The position numbers and the translations under genes were made by a program. A stretch of 64,000 nucleotides of DNA from Podarcis tiliguerta (Eukaryota), in NCBI GenBank assembly GCA_965153285.1, contig OZ229110.1; one strand, written 5' to 3'. The notes below the pieces were generated by a model. It searched no databases. It had not been told where the DNA came from and saw only the letters and a program-made list of their open reading frames with translations. Below are positions 1 through 12,390 of the stretch, piece after piece; the stretch's first letter is position 1; each line of letters begins with the position of its first letter.

Positions 1-185
1 TAAGGCTATCAATAGTTACTAATCATTATGCTTATATACTACTTCCAGAATCAAAGGTACCTTACTTCTGAATACCAGTTGTTGTAGAACAACAGTGGGA
101 AAGGCCTATTGCACTCAAGTCCTGCTTATGGGCTTCCCATGGGCATCTGGTTGGTCACTGAGGGGAACAGGATGCTGAAGTTGAC
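1..185 (+). mobile_element. CR1-like LINE 3' UTR fragment
   Basis: Reverse-complement match to the copy at 2240-2660 (gggcttcccatgggcatctggttggtcactg...aacaggatgctg). Confidence 0.6.
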
Positions 186-296
186 CGTCAAAACTGAGCA
201 GGCAACCAGGTCACAGGCTTCCCCACTATGGCAAGATGTACTATATTTCTACTGAAAGTATAACTGTTATTTCCAAATTTGTATGTCTAAATTAGA

Positions 297-433
297 CATA
301 GGGTTTCCCAAACTTGGGTCTCCAGCTGTTGCTGGACTACAACTTCCATCATCCCTAGTTAGAAGGACCAGTGGTCGGGGTGATGGGAGCTGTAGTCCAA
401 AAACAGCTGGGTACCCAACTTTGTGAAACCCTG
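297..433. mobile_element. Palindromic hAT-type MITE (~135 bp family)
   Basis: Inverted termini AGGGTTTCCCAAACTTGGGT / ACCCAACTTTGTGAAACCCT, internal ggactacaac...gtagtcc palindrome; likely 8-bp TSD aaattaga/aatttaga. Confidence 0.8.
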
Positions 434-887
434 AATTTAGAGCATGTCAATTTTACAGAAATCTGTGCTGCTTCAGTCCTCTTTTTATTATTCATTTTCT
501 CTCTTTTTTTGCCATACATAAGATATCACCCTACTGCCAGGTAGAGCTGGATAACAGGGCTCTTGAGGGCTCTCCTAGTACTACACAGTGGGAACCCAGA
601 ACAACACTAAACAGCAGCTCTTGCAGGTCAATTTCTAGCTAAGGCCAACAGGGGAGAGTGCAGGGTGAATGTGACTCTCATTGTGGCAAATCGGAAGGTA
701 GATGAACTACTTATTTATTTTTTAAGAGTGACACAGTCATTATGGAAGCCTAATGGAAAGTTAATGGGTGGTGGCTGTAGCTCACAGAGCATGTGCCTTG
801 CATCTACAAGCTCCTTGGCATTTCCAGTTTAGACAAAAGGATCGGTATGGAAAAGGCCTCTGCCAGGGACCTTGGAAAGTCTAGGAA

Positions 888-1068
888 GGGACTATCAGTA
901 TTCAGTAGTAGAGCACATGCTTTGCATACAGGTTCAAAGTCCCAGATTGAATCCTTGAATCTCCAGTTAAAAGGATCAGGTGACAGCGATGGAACTTTAC
1001 AGTTGTTTGAGTCAGAAATTAATGTAGCTAGAACACCATCCGGTCAGCTTGTGATGGATACTTCTTAG
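888..1068 (+). mobile_element. Degenerate tRNA-derived SINE (Squam3-like)
   Basis: A-box/B-box-like head (cagtagtagagcacatgctttgcat...gattgaatcc); related copies at 9684 and 26111. Confidence 0.55.
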
Positions 1069-1354
1069 TTTTTCTAGACTGAGGGCCAAATTACTTGGAG
1101 GCTTGAGAGCTCTCACATGTTCTTTAGATCCTTACACTTCCCTCACAAAGCAGTCAAAGGTGGGCAATCCACTTGATTCTTAGGTGTGGTTAATGCTTCC
1201 TTGAGAGAAAGTAACGTCCTGCTGTCTTGAAAGAAGTGGTGGTTCTAATTCTCTTAAAAATTTAGGTCCAGCTCATGTGAGCCATTATTTCCCAGTATAC
1301 AATGCACCACTTTTTAAAATAAGGTGCTGGAAAAGATGGAATTATAGGTAATAC

Positions 1355-1518
1355 TCAATATCTGGATCCATTTCAGTCCAGTTTCTGGCCTAGCTATGGG
1401 ATAGAAACTGCCATGGTCACCCTGGTGGTGGATGACCAGGATCAGATAAGAGAGAGGGAGGAGATTGCAATCCTGTTGATTCTCCTAGATATATCTGTGA
1501 CTTTCAATATCACTGGCC
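1355..1518 (+). mobile_element. L2-clade LINE reverse-transcriptase fragment
   Basis: Translates to LDPFQSSFWPSYGIETAMVTLVVDD...ILLILLDISVTFNI, a decayed form of the RT motif QSGFRPG.GTETAL...LLDLSAAFDT. Confidence 0.7.
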
Positions 1519-2239
1519 GGGGAGAATGCTACATTTATGTAGAATTTCAGAGTGCTCTATTCGTGACTATGTGTAATGAGTAACAGAGCCACATTACCAA
1601 AAAGGCAGAACAGGCACCAGCCTATGAACCCCATGCCTTTTAGGAGCACCACCTCTTTGTTTATTAAAATTGTTGGCTGGTAAAATAAAAAACTTATCAG
1701 GAGATAGGTTTGCAAGGGTGGGGAGAGATTTCGACTGCCATGGGGCCTCCCCAGGGTTTAATCTGGCACTGATGACTAAGCAGCAGGCTATAAATTATGC
1801 TGAGAATATATCCTGGACCAGAATGGCAACTGAAAGAATCAGTGAGTGGCTTAATCTGCAACAACAAAATGTACTTCAGATGGGCTCATTGAGGAGATAC
1901 AAGGAAGCTGTTTGTTGCTACACATTCTTGGTCTTTTCATCATCCCCTATGGAATGGCCAGCTAGCAGAGATAGTGCCAGATGTGACCCCAAAAGTAATT
2001 TTATTTGGTCTCTCCCAAACTTTAATCAAGGGTCTGATAAAATGTTTCACTTGTAAGGGGGGGGGGAGTTTCCTTCTTTCCAGAGTTTCACTCAGAAGGA
2101 AAAGAATCGGGTTTTCGAATTGTGCAAATTAAATATATTCCATGCTGCACTGTTATGTCCCTAATTCTGTATTTCACATATGCCAATGTACATACTTGTT
2201 TGAATTTTTACTGTGCCAGAGTGCATGTGCTCCATAAAT

Positions 2240-2660
2240 TAAGAGCATAAAAAGAAGACTGGTGGATCAGACCAAAGGCCCATCAAGTCCAGCATCATGT
2301 TCCCTGTTGCCAACCAGATGTCTGCAGGAAGTCCACAACAGCACTGCCACTCCCACTTGTACACTGGTATTCTTAGGCGCTGCTTCTGATACCAGAGGCT
2401 ATAGACAGCCATCATGACTATTAGCCAATTATAGCTTGATCCTGCATGACTTTGTCTAATCTGACTTTAAAGCTGTCCAAGTTCTTGGCCATTACTACAC
2501 CTTGTGGTAGCAAACTCCACATTGCTATGTGAACCATGTGTTGTGTGAAAAAGTTCCTTCGTGCCTGTCCTGAATTTTCCACCATTCAGTTTTACTGGGT
2601 GGCTGGGTTCTATTATTATGAGAGATGAAGGAAAACTTTCCTCTGTCCACTTTCACCACT
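2240..2660 (-). mobile_element. CR1-like LINE 3' end
   Basis: Typical reptile CR1 3' end in reverse (catcaagtccagcatcatgttc...tttaaagctgtccaagttc...ctctgtccactttc); shorter copies at ~8697-8815 and ~13015-13110. Confidence 0.75.
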
Positions 2661-5600
2661 GGGAAACCTTCTGTTAGAAGCCTTCTTTAAGTAAGACCAG
2701 CAAATCTGTGCTTGCTTTGATCCTGCAAGCTGCTGCTGCCACCTCTCACTTTCCTTGCCCCAAAGTCCATAAACTTATCTTCGGAACAGGTAAAAAGTGG
2801 CAGAAGATGCAGTGGCAAGCACTTCAAAGGCCCAATAAAACATCCCCCCCCCCCCCCGTGACTTGGACTACAAAACCAGGATTCCCAGCAGGAAAAGATG
2901 TTCTGCTGGGGCTTGGGACTACCTGCCACTTCAGCCTTCTCCCAGCTCAAAGTTAAGTTTCTGCAGCTTGGAGCAGAGGAAGGGGGAGGAAGAGGTTGTG
3001 GTGGGCACTTCATGGGCACCCTTGGACCTTTGCAAGCATCTGATATGAGCACTTACAAAAGTGCATTTTGGGGGTGGAGTAGGATGCTTGTGCATCTCCA
3101 AGAGCAACATATCCTTCCATCCCTCAGAGCACTATCTGGAGAACAAGGTGGTCCCTGATAATGAAAGAGTTGGCAAACTATAACTAAGACTTCAAGGAAA
3201 GACTTAAAAAACTAACTATGGTGCTATAGAGCAATGACCCACAGTCCTTTCTAATTGCACCAGTGGAAATTTTCAGTGCAAAGGCTATTGTTTCTGGATT
3301 AAAACACAGCATTTGGTTGTTTATGAATGCTCTCTGTACTAGAGTTACTTCCTTGAATACTATGTTGACTGCTAGCATCTCCTCCCCCTTCCATTTTCTG
3401 GTATCTATTAACACTGAGAACAGCAACTCTAAGCACTCAGAACACAAGCATACACAAAGCAAAGAGCCAACAGAACAAGAAGTCTCCCTAGATAAATGGA
3501 TTTTTTTTTCCAATAAGAAGAGATTTGATTTTGCCATGCTTGGGCCCACAGCCAAATGCCTAGATCTGTCTTTCACACTCACTCACTCTTGTTCATAATT
3601 CTTTGTATTAATTTAAAAGTCTGCCTGTTAACTTATCATTACAAACAAATGACACTTTTTGCATCTATGAATTAATAACAAATTCTTGTGTGAAACTAAA
3701 TCATAGCATGTACAAAAGTGCAATGGAAGGAGAAGCTTCTCAAACATCAATGGATATGAATGCCAAGAAACCTTCCAGGAAATCCATGGGGCACCTAAAC
3801 AGGATTGTAATCAAGATTATTTTGGTATAGAATTTCTGGCAGAGCAGTCAGAAAAGGAAACATCTGATCAGAACATTATTTTTAGTAGCATTTCTTGCAG
3901 TAGAAGTGTCACTGAGTAGTTACCTAAACACACACTCAGAAATAACTTTTGAATAAAAAGCCAACAGTCTGTAGAAATAAAGGAATGGAGTGGGGGGTGG
4001 CTGGGCTGGAGAAAATTGTTTTAATAGCGTCCATTAAACCATGCACAGCCCAAAGGCACTTGCACACCAGAGGGCTATGAGAAATCTATAATTGCTTTGC
4101 TTGTAGCCTTCTTAAGGTATCAACAGGCAAATATCCATCAGCACCGTGTGGCTCCTGAGATATACACACAGCCAGACCTTATTATACTTATCCTCTGAGA
4201 TCAAAGCATATTCACATAAATGGGGTGCAGCCTTCCATGGAGGGCAGCCAGGGGGCCTGTCATGGATCTGCAGGAATAAACTTCTTGAAAAGTTTGGGCG
4301 ATGATGCGATTGTTCTGCTGTGGCTGGAGGAACACTCCGCGTGACTGATGATCAGGGCTGAACCAAAGCAGGAGAGAGAGGCAGCTGGAAAAGCAAAGCA
4401 GCTGTAGTTGCAGGAGTAAAAAACAGCCTCAGTCTGGAAGGGTCAAGCCTCCATCTAAAGGGAGCATTTAATCCTTTACTATCCTTAATTAAGGCTCTGC
4501 CAAGTTGCCTGTAATTCTCCCCCTCCCCATGGAAGTTCTGCTAGTGGAATTGGAAAACACTGGAGGACTGTGAGGTGGGGTTTTTTTTCTTATACTTTCA
4601 TCAGAGCTAAGAACAGAATTTAAGACCAAACATATAGGGCTCTCCTGTGTACATGCAAGTTTCACAACCCCCCCTCCCCCATCATGCTCTCTTCTGATGT
4701 AGGCGCAGCTGCTTGTATTCAAACTTCTGCTGTTATGTTAGTACCCTCCCCTGAAACCAGAGAGCAAACACCAATCCCCAGGACACTGAATTACATCGTG
4801 ACATGCCCTCTAAAATCACCTACTGAAAGACTTTGCCTGGAAAGTTCACAGCAGAAAAGCCTATACCTTGCTGAAAACCAAAAATCCACACCAGTGAGGT
4901 CTTCACGCACATCTGAATGCAAACACCCACAGCTACACACACAGGTTGGTTGGCTAACACAGTGCACAAGCGGAGCCAGGAGCCAAGGAGGGGGTTTATG
5001 CAAAGATTTCATCAGGGATAATCAAAGGGAGACACAAAGCACTAAGATGTGCAAACAAAAATAGAGATCTTGGTGCAATTTCACACATGTCATCTCGATC
5101 AAAAGCACAGATTTGTTACCTGCAGAATAGGGAGGTGGAGAGGGGGGTCAAATAGGTTCCACAATAACTAATTATGGTCCCTGAATACTCTCCTCCCCAC
5201 CCACGATCCTCACTCTCCTTACTCATCCAGCGAGGTAACATAGATTGAGGCAGCAGCTCAAAGATGGCTAATATCTAAGCCTCTGGCTCCATCGCCAGAC
5301 CCAACCTGTACACCAGCCAAGCTTAAAAGGCGTGTTTAAGAAGCCAGCATCTCTCCTAGTCTACACAACAGGCACACACCATCATTCAGCCCCTCGTTCG
5401 ACTTAAGGCTGTAGGTTGGGGAAGATTTCGTGATGCTTTAAAGAGCCTGAAGTACAGCGGGCGATCTGGAGGGGTGTGTGCGTGTAGTGGAGGGTTGCAA
5501 CCAAGCCTGCTCTCAGGTTTCCCAAAAGTGATCGAAGATCGCCCCGTTCCTGTGCGAAAAGCGAAACGCAGCATTGTGGGTTATATGCTGTATAATACTG

Positions 5601-5699
5601 ATGAACCATTAGCCATGAAGCCCAGGAAACTCAACATATATAGGTTTCATCCATATGGGATGAAACCAGCAGAACGGAGAGCGAAACATCAGTCTGCTT

Positions 5700-7560
5700 T
5701 GCCTCGTACAACGGACTGACAGCCAACAGTTTGCCCCCTTCCCCCCTTCCAGATCCGTGGAAACAACCCAAAGCCCAGCGCACAAAAAGCATCGTTGTGC
5801 CTGGAGACGGCGGCTTCTCCTTCGAAAGTGTCTGTCTGTCGTGCCAGAGGAGCGGCGGGGGGAGGGCAGAGGGGGTTGGGATATACAGAGGAGACGATAA
5901 GTGGGTTTGGTTTGTGGTGGTGGGTTTTTATTTTTGTCCAATAATTACTGGTGTGGGAGGACAATGTAGGGCGGAAGACGATGCAATAAATCCGGGGGGG
6001 GGAATCAATTGGGGATCCCTTTCCTTAGGGGAGCCCTCCCCCCAAAAAAAAATACCCTCCCCCTGCTTCTCTCAAAACAAAGGGAATCCAACATCACACG
6101 CTCCGCAACGTAAACCATCACCCGAGATATAAACACACCACACACATCACCAAATCTCGCCTCCAGGTCTCGCCGGGGCGCTGGCAGCCCAGCCTGTCTC
6201 CCCAACCAGCCGCCGCCGCCCCTCTGCTCTTTACCTGTTCGGAAAAAGGCATCCACCTCGGAATCGGGAACTGCCCCTTCCTCCGCTGCCCCCTCGGCGG
6301 GGTTCATGGCTGGGCTCGGGGAGGAGAAGCAGGGGGCTCAGCAGCAGCAGCAGGCACGGCAGCGGCAGCAGCAACGATCCCGGCGGCTGGGTAACATCCA
6401 GTGAGTTGGGGAGGAGGAGAGGAGAGGGGCGAGAGAGAGAGAGGAGACACACACACACACACATACACACAGGCCAGGAGGAGGGAGGGGAGGGAGGGCG
6501 TGTAGGGAAGAGAAAGCAGGGAGGGGAGGGATGGAGGAGCCTTCAGCAGCCGCCAGCCCGGGCGAGCCCCATCCCTGCCAGGGGGTCTGCTGGGATCTTC
6601 GGCTACTCCTGCCTGTCCTCGGGGGGGGGGGTCCCCGCCTCCTCCGCCTCTTCTTCTTACCCCAAAGGCGTGTACACACACACACACGCACACACCAGTA
6701 GCGCCTCACGCTGCGCCCGCCCCCTCTCCTCTCTATTGTTCAGACCTGCTCTCTGATCGTTCTCTCTCTCTCTCTCCCCCACCCACTACCACCTCCTCCT
6801 CCTCCTCCTCCTCAGCTTTTGCCGGCGATCCCCCTTCTCCTATTTGTTCCACGCGTGATCCACTCCCCCCACCCACCCAGCTAAACAAACAAAAACCCAC
6901 CCACCCGAGGTAGGGATATACACAGAGATGACAGCTCAGTTTTCCCCGGGCGCCACCGCTACCACCCACCCGTCCACCCGCACGACAACACCCCCATCTC
7001 TTTTTTTAATCCTCATTGTTGCAAAGCAGCTTTGGCAGGACTTCCTGAAAGGAGGCAGGAAAAGCTGGGAGGCGACGAGCCGCGTAAAGGGAAAGAGAGG
7101 GTCGCGTGCGCTTGAGGGAGAGGGGAAGTGCCCTGGGCGAAGATCAAAGGGGCTTCCTCTCTCTCTTCCCCTCGCCTCAATCCCCTTAGTTCGCTCGGGC
7201 CACCTTCCCTGTCATCGCAGCCTGCCTTCCCTTCTCTTTCTTTCTTTAGCCCACCTAAGCTCCTCTCCCCCTCCCCACCCCTTCCATCCTCTGATGAATC
7301 AGCTCCGCTTGCCCTCTCATTACAGAAGCAGCAATTAAAATCCTTTCCTACTTAACCGGAAGAGTAACAAGCAAACAAGAGGGTGTAGGAGCTGGGCAAC
7401 GTTCAGGTGTGCAAGGAAATCCACGGTGGGCAGCCAGGGAGAGAGACGGGAGGGGGTGTCTAGCTAAGAAAAGGGCAGGGAACTGGCTCCTGTTGAATTT
7501 CAGAGAGCGAGAGGTGGAGGGAGGCGGCAGGAGAGCGGCTCCACAGACGTCACTTTGGTA
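5700..7560 (-). promoter_or_regulatory. KALRN: CpG island / promoter and 5' UTR of KALRN
   Basis: Strong GC and CpG enrichment around exon 1, with (GA)n, (CA)n, (CCT)n and CAG/CGG runs, and a CRE-like AGACGTCA at 7545-7552. Boundaries approximate. Confidence 0.8.
6235..6307 (-). CDS. KALRN: Kalirin RhoGEF kinase, first coding exon (exon 1B type); gene continues off the left edge
   Basis: Encodes MNPAEGAAEEGAVPDSEVDAFFRT+G, near-identical to the mammalian Kalirin 1B N-terminus as I recall it (MNPPEGAAEEGGAADSDVDAFFRTG). Good Kozak context GCCATGA; 73 nt, phase 1, donor CAG|GTAAAG; head-to-head with ROPN1 as in human. Confidence 0.95.
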
Positions 7561-9189
7561 ATTGTTGCAGACTGTTGTATCAGTTGGTTTCCAAACAATA
7601 ATTAGGGGGCTTGACAGTTTCCAGAATAGGACCTGAAGTTCCATTTCTAAAGATGCCCGCAAAGGTTTGTGTGAGAGAGGAAGTGGAAAGAGAAAGGGAG
7701 AGAAAACACCATGTTTCCAACAAGTCACTCCCCCCCCCCAAAGGATACTTCCAAGGTAGCAGCTTTGCAGCTTAGAATTCATAAGAAGAGCTGCCTGTGG
7801 CATCAACACTCTGCATCACTTGTTCTGCCCATTTCCACTCACTTCCTTCCCTTTCTATATCAAGTGAGTGAATTTCTGCCTCCTAAAGGCTCCCAAGATG
7901 ATGCGTTTAGACAGTGGAGATCAATATTTTTATGAAGGTGGGGGAAGGTGCCTCTGTAGCTCAGCCAGGCCAGGATTACATGATGGAAGCACTTGGAAGT
8001 ATAAGTGCTCTGTCCCAAAAGACTCCATATAAATACTAGTTGGAAAGATACATACATATTTACGCAGGACAGAGTGACACTGGATAGTGTAACATCATAA
8101 CAGACTCTGGTTTTCTGTGTTTTATGCTAATCTTGCTCCGTTCAGGTCAGTAACGTGTGCCATTGTAAAAAATCTACTGTTAGATTTCTATAGCACTTGG
8201 ATACCTTAATGGGTTGTCAGGTATTTGTACCCAGATGGAGCATCTAACAGTATTTATTACAATAGTTTCAGAAGTATAACACACACACACCCCCACAAAA
8301 ATATTTAGACATCACAGAAAGGTTTAGAGGTTGTGAGATGGGATCAAACATTTGCTTCTTGCAGCAGTATCCAAACTGCCTTGTACTATTTAGTAACAGT
8401 TGGCCTGGCTGTAGAGTTGGACACACCTTCCATATCTCAAAAACTGTTGTCTGGAGAAGAGAATCCAACCAGTGGTTGGTAGTATGACTGGCTGTTGTGG
8501 AGAACCATTGTAAAGACATGATCAAAAGACAAGACTGGGGTGATATACCCCCTCTAAACTACCCCCTTCCCTCCTCCCTCTGTTGAAATCGAGAATGTAA
8601 GCTGCTGGTGAGCAAGGGACTGGCTAATTTTGCTTATGCTACTTTGTAAAGTGCCATGTACATAGATGCTGTTGAGCAATAAATTAGAGGTATTTAAGAA
8701 TGTAGGAATAACCTTGCTGGAACAGACCAAAGGCTCATCTAGTGCAGCTTTTTGCTCCAACCAGACACCTATTGGAAGACCACAAGCAATACATGTGTGC
8801 AACAGCACTCTCCCTAATAAATAAATAGCCTTCCCCAATAAATGCTCCCCTCCTTTTAATTAGCATATTCTGAATTCTCATAAAAGCTCCCCCCCCACTA
8901 CATTTGCCTTATGAGAACAAGATTTACAGTCAGAAGCTATAAGCTTATGTCATAATAAATTTTAGTCTTTCAGGTGCCACAAAACTGTTAGTTTTCCAAC
9001 TTCCAGTTGTTGCTTGTTTTGCCATGTGTTCCTGTGTCACCTCCAATGTAAACAACATCCTAATTCTAGTCTCTGTCATGTTCCTGGCCTGCTTAACATA
9101 GCTAGCTCCATACACTGTGTCCAGTCTCCCGAGCTCTCCAGTCAAGCCTGCTCCAGGTACCAGGAGAACTGAGCTTTGGTGGGTGAATG

Positions 9190-9500
9190 CAAGGGGCAGG
9201 GCCTTCCCAGTTATGGCAGCAACACTGTGGAATGCCCTCCCCAGGGAAGTCCACCTCACTACATCTTTGTGTACTTTTCATCACTTTGTCAAGATGTGGT
9301 TCTTATAGGGAGCACTTTGGAGGACAATGGCAATTATAAGACTTTCCTTCTGCAGCAGTGATAGAAAATGGCAAATCAGCCCGACTTTTTATTATTGCTT
9401 TTAAAAAATGAGTTTTGTTGCATTTTTGTATTATGAACTTGCATTTATTATTTTATTGCAAGTCACTATGAGTTCTTACAGGAAAAGAAGAAGATTGAAA
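9190..9500 (+). mobile_element. L2 LINE 3' fragment
   Basis: GRAFPVMAATLWNALPREVH (RAFS..AP.LWN.LP motif) followed by an AT-rich 3' UTR. Confidence 0.7.
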
Positions 9501-9683
9501 TAGATAGATAAGCAAGAATTCCACAATAACAATCAGCTTTGGCTGATCTTCCTGATTCGGCAGTACAGCCTGAGAGGCTATGCTGCACTGACATTTGCCT
9601 GGTTATACTCCAGGAATATCTGAGGCTGCTGGTGGGCTCTAGTCATTGCAAAATCTGCCCATGAGCACAAAGGCCTCACTTCA

Positions 9684-9885
9684 GAGCCATAGTTTATTGG
9701 TAGAGCACATGCTTTGAATGCAGATGAACCCATATTCAATTCCTGACATTTCTAATTTAAATAAAAGGATCGGCTAGTAGGTGACAGGAAAGACCTTTAC
9801 TTGGACCACTGTCAATCAGAGTGGCCCATCCCAGATAGACAAATGATAGTCTGATCTGGTATGACAGCATATTTACTGATCCTAA
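9684..9885 (+). mobile_element. Squam3-like tRNA-derived SINE
   Basis: gagccatagttt..tggtagagcacatgctttg..atgcaga...ttcaattcctgacat head; tail gtctgatctggtatgacagc. Confidence 0.6.
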
Positions 9886-11454
9886 ACATTTCTATATACG
9901 TAAACAGGTGTGCCTTCAGAAGGAACTTCCCTCACCACTTGCAGAGGGAGCAAACAGAGCAAAGAAAGACACTGAGAACTGTAAAGGTGCCATCCAGGAA
10001 AGGCATAATGGGCAGCATCCTTCACCATATTTCAAGCAACATGCTTTTATTCATTTGAAACACATGCATTTCCTGTTATGATTAAGTATAAATAAAAAAT
10101 TAAAAACCTTAAACAATTATCTTAAAATTAAGGTGCCACTCAGTGTTCATGGGTGAACATTTTTTGCACAGCAGGAGACTTTGGCAAGAACAATAAAAAG
10201 GTCCCCAAATTTCCTGCCTGACAGACCCCTCCCAAAATTTTACCTTATTGGCATCAGTGCATCCACTGTTCACTACCTGTTTCAATTCTTTTTTTAAAAA
10301 AGTGTCTTCCCGCTGACCCCAGCTTTATTATTCCCCAAAATGCAATCCAGCCAATGACAGAAAATGATGTGAATGTGATGACATCATAAGGCCAAACAGC
10401 TACTGAGATTTAGCGCTGTGACGACATCATTGATGGCAAATGTAATCAATTCAGTGAGGTCAATGCTTTGTGCCTCACATTACTCTCAATCTGGATTGGC
10501 AGGCAGGATAAGAAGCGCAGTTGCTATGACAGCTGCTACTTCCTCCTCCTAAGTAAGATGGGCACAACTACACAACCCTTTTCACAGCTACTGCTTAATA
10601 CTGAATATATTAAACTTGGCCTTTCCCTTTTACCCCTCCTGCTGAATTCTGTTTTCTCCCTTCTTATGGCACCACCTGGAAGGATAGATAAATGTCGTTT
10701 ACTGGACCAACATCTCAATAACCTTCACAACACTGCTCTTCAAATGAAAAAAGGAGTGATTTAAGAGGCAATAAATCTGGTAGCGCTGGGTATATGAGAA
10801 TGTCACACATGTGCTTGTAAAGGACTGCTGGGTATTGCTGCAGGCCATGATGTGGTGATCTACTTCCCCATCCATGGAAGATACTGGGGAAGTTAGCTCA
10901 CTGCCCAGTCCAGACCTCTTGAACTGCTGCAGCTGTGAAGAGGGCAGAGGATGGAGGCAGAGCTGGACCAAGGAGAACCCAGGGAAGGAGAAAAGACAGC
11001 TGGAAGGCATCCCATGAGAGATGAAAGTGGAGCGGCAAACCCCAGTGGGTGGTATCAGCAACAAACTATCACAGACTGGGGTGACCAGAGTGTCCAAGGA
11101 GAAAGGAAATTAGAGCAGAGGTCAAGTGGAGAACACTGTTCCTAGCTATTTCATTACTTCATTACTTATTTATTATTTCATAAAATTTATACACCATTTG
11201 ACTGTAAAAAAAACCAACCTCAAAGCAGTTTAAAAATTGATTAAAAAAATAAAATCAAGAAAAATTCTCAAGCATACTTTAAAACATACAAATATTATGA
11301 TCTTAAAATAGATTAAAATTATCTCCACTTACTAAGCATCTGGGGAGGCTTGTCTAAACAAGAATGTTTTTAACAGAAAGCTGATGAGGGCTGTCTGAGG
11401 CAAGGGACAAGATGGTACTCCCCCTCCCCATTCCATGTCCAGAAGTTGTTCAGC

Positions 11455-11598
11455 TAGGGTTGCCATTTATCTGGCTGAATGTCCAGGAAAATCCGGACTT
11501 ATGGCAGTTCATGCCGGCACTGCTGCTTTTGGGCAAAACTTTAAAAAGCTCAACAACTTTTTTTCTGGATTTTCACTGTTTCAAATATGGTAACCCTA
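11455..11598. mobile_element. hAT (Blackjack-type TIR) MITE
   Basis: TIRs TAGGGTTGCCAT / ATGGTAACCCTA; TSD not recognisable. Confidence 0.65.
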
Positions 11599-12148
11599 GC
11601 TGGGCATCAACAGCATCCTCCTGAGAGCAGCAGTCTCTCTTAGGGGCCACATCACAAACTACATGGCCCTCACGGTTCTGTCCTCCAACAGCTCTCCATC
11701 ATTTCTACTCTCTGCCCTGAAGCTGTGCAGAAGGTATTGTAGGGACACAGCACACAATTTGTAATACAGGCAAACATTATATGCTAGACATATTTATATA
11801 TCTGGAATTGAAGGAACAAATCTGATGCAAAATAAACTTTTAAAGATTGCTTTTTTCTCTTGCTTTGTATTGAAATATAGAACAAGGTTTGCATTGCACT
11901 GTGAAGGACTGCTGGTTCCCAAGTGAGATAAGAACTACCGCTAACTGAATCTGACGATGCTTACTGGAAATCAATGTGAACCTGTCTTTTAAATTTGGAT
12001 ATTCCACAGTACTGATGAGATTCAAAATTATTCATTCCTTTATTTTTAATCCCTGTGTAGCTTTGGTCTATAGAACTGGCTGTGCTGGACAGAGTATGCA
12101 AGAGTCTCTAGCACACTTTTCAGGCTGGTCATCTCCCCTCTCTGTATA

Positions 12149-12390
12149 CAGTGGTACCTTGGGTTAAGAACTTAATTCGTTCCGGAGGTCCGTATGTAAC
12201 CTGAAACTGTTCTTAAGCTGAAGCACCACTTTAGCCAATGGAGCTTCCTGCTGCTGCCACGCCGCCAGAGCACGATTTCTGTTCTCATCCTGAAGCAAAG
12301 TTCTTAACCCGAGGTAATATTTCTGGGTTAGCGGCATCTGTAACCTGAAGCATATGTAACCTGAAGCGTATGTAACCCAAGGTATCACTG
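12149..12390. mobile_element. Tc1/mariner-pogo (Tigger-like) MITE
   Basis: TIRs CAGTGGTACCTTGGGTTA / TAACCCAAGGTATCACTG flanked by TA on both sides; internal tandem tatgtaacctgaagc repeats. Confidence 0.9.

Noticed and set aside
4293-4367. C/D-box snoRNA-like layout (TTTGG...ATGATGC...CTGA...CCAAA)
   Set aside because: The C box is imperfect, it lies antisense to the KALRN intron (intronic snoRNAs are sense to the host), and I recognise no rRNA or snRNA guide complementarity.
6005-6234. Continuation of the 100-aa ORF beyond FFRTG
   Set aside because: Read-through into intron 1 past the CAG|GTAAAG donor; similarity to Kalirin stops at the donor.
5386-7809. Many overlapping ORFs on both strands around the KALRN promoter
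   Set aside because: Low-complexity products of GC-rich and microsatellite DNA; no recognisable domains.
12345-12380. Short regularly spaced repeats (tgtaacctgaagc) superficially like a CRISPR array
   Set aside because: Subterminal repeats of a MITE in a vertebrate genome; no spacers and no cas genes.
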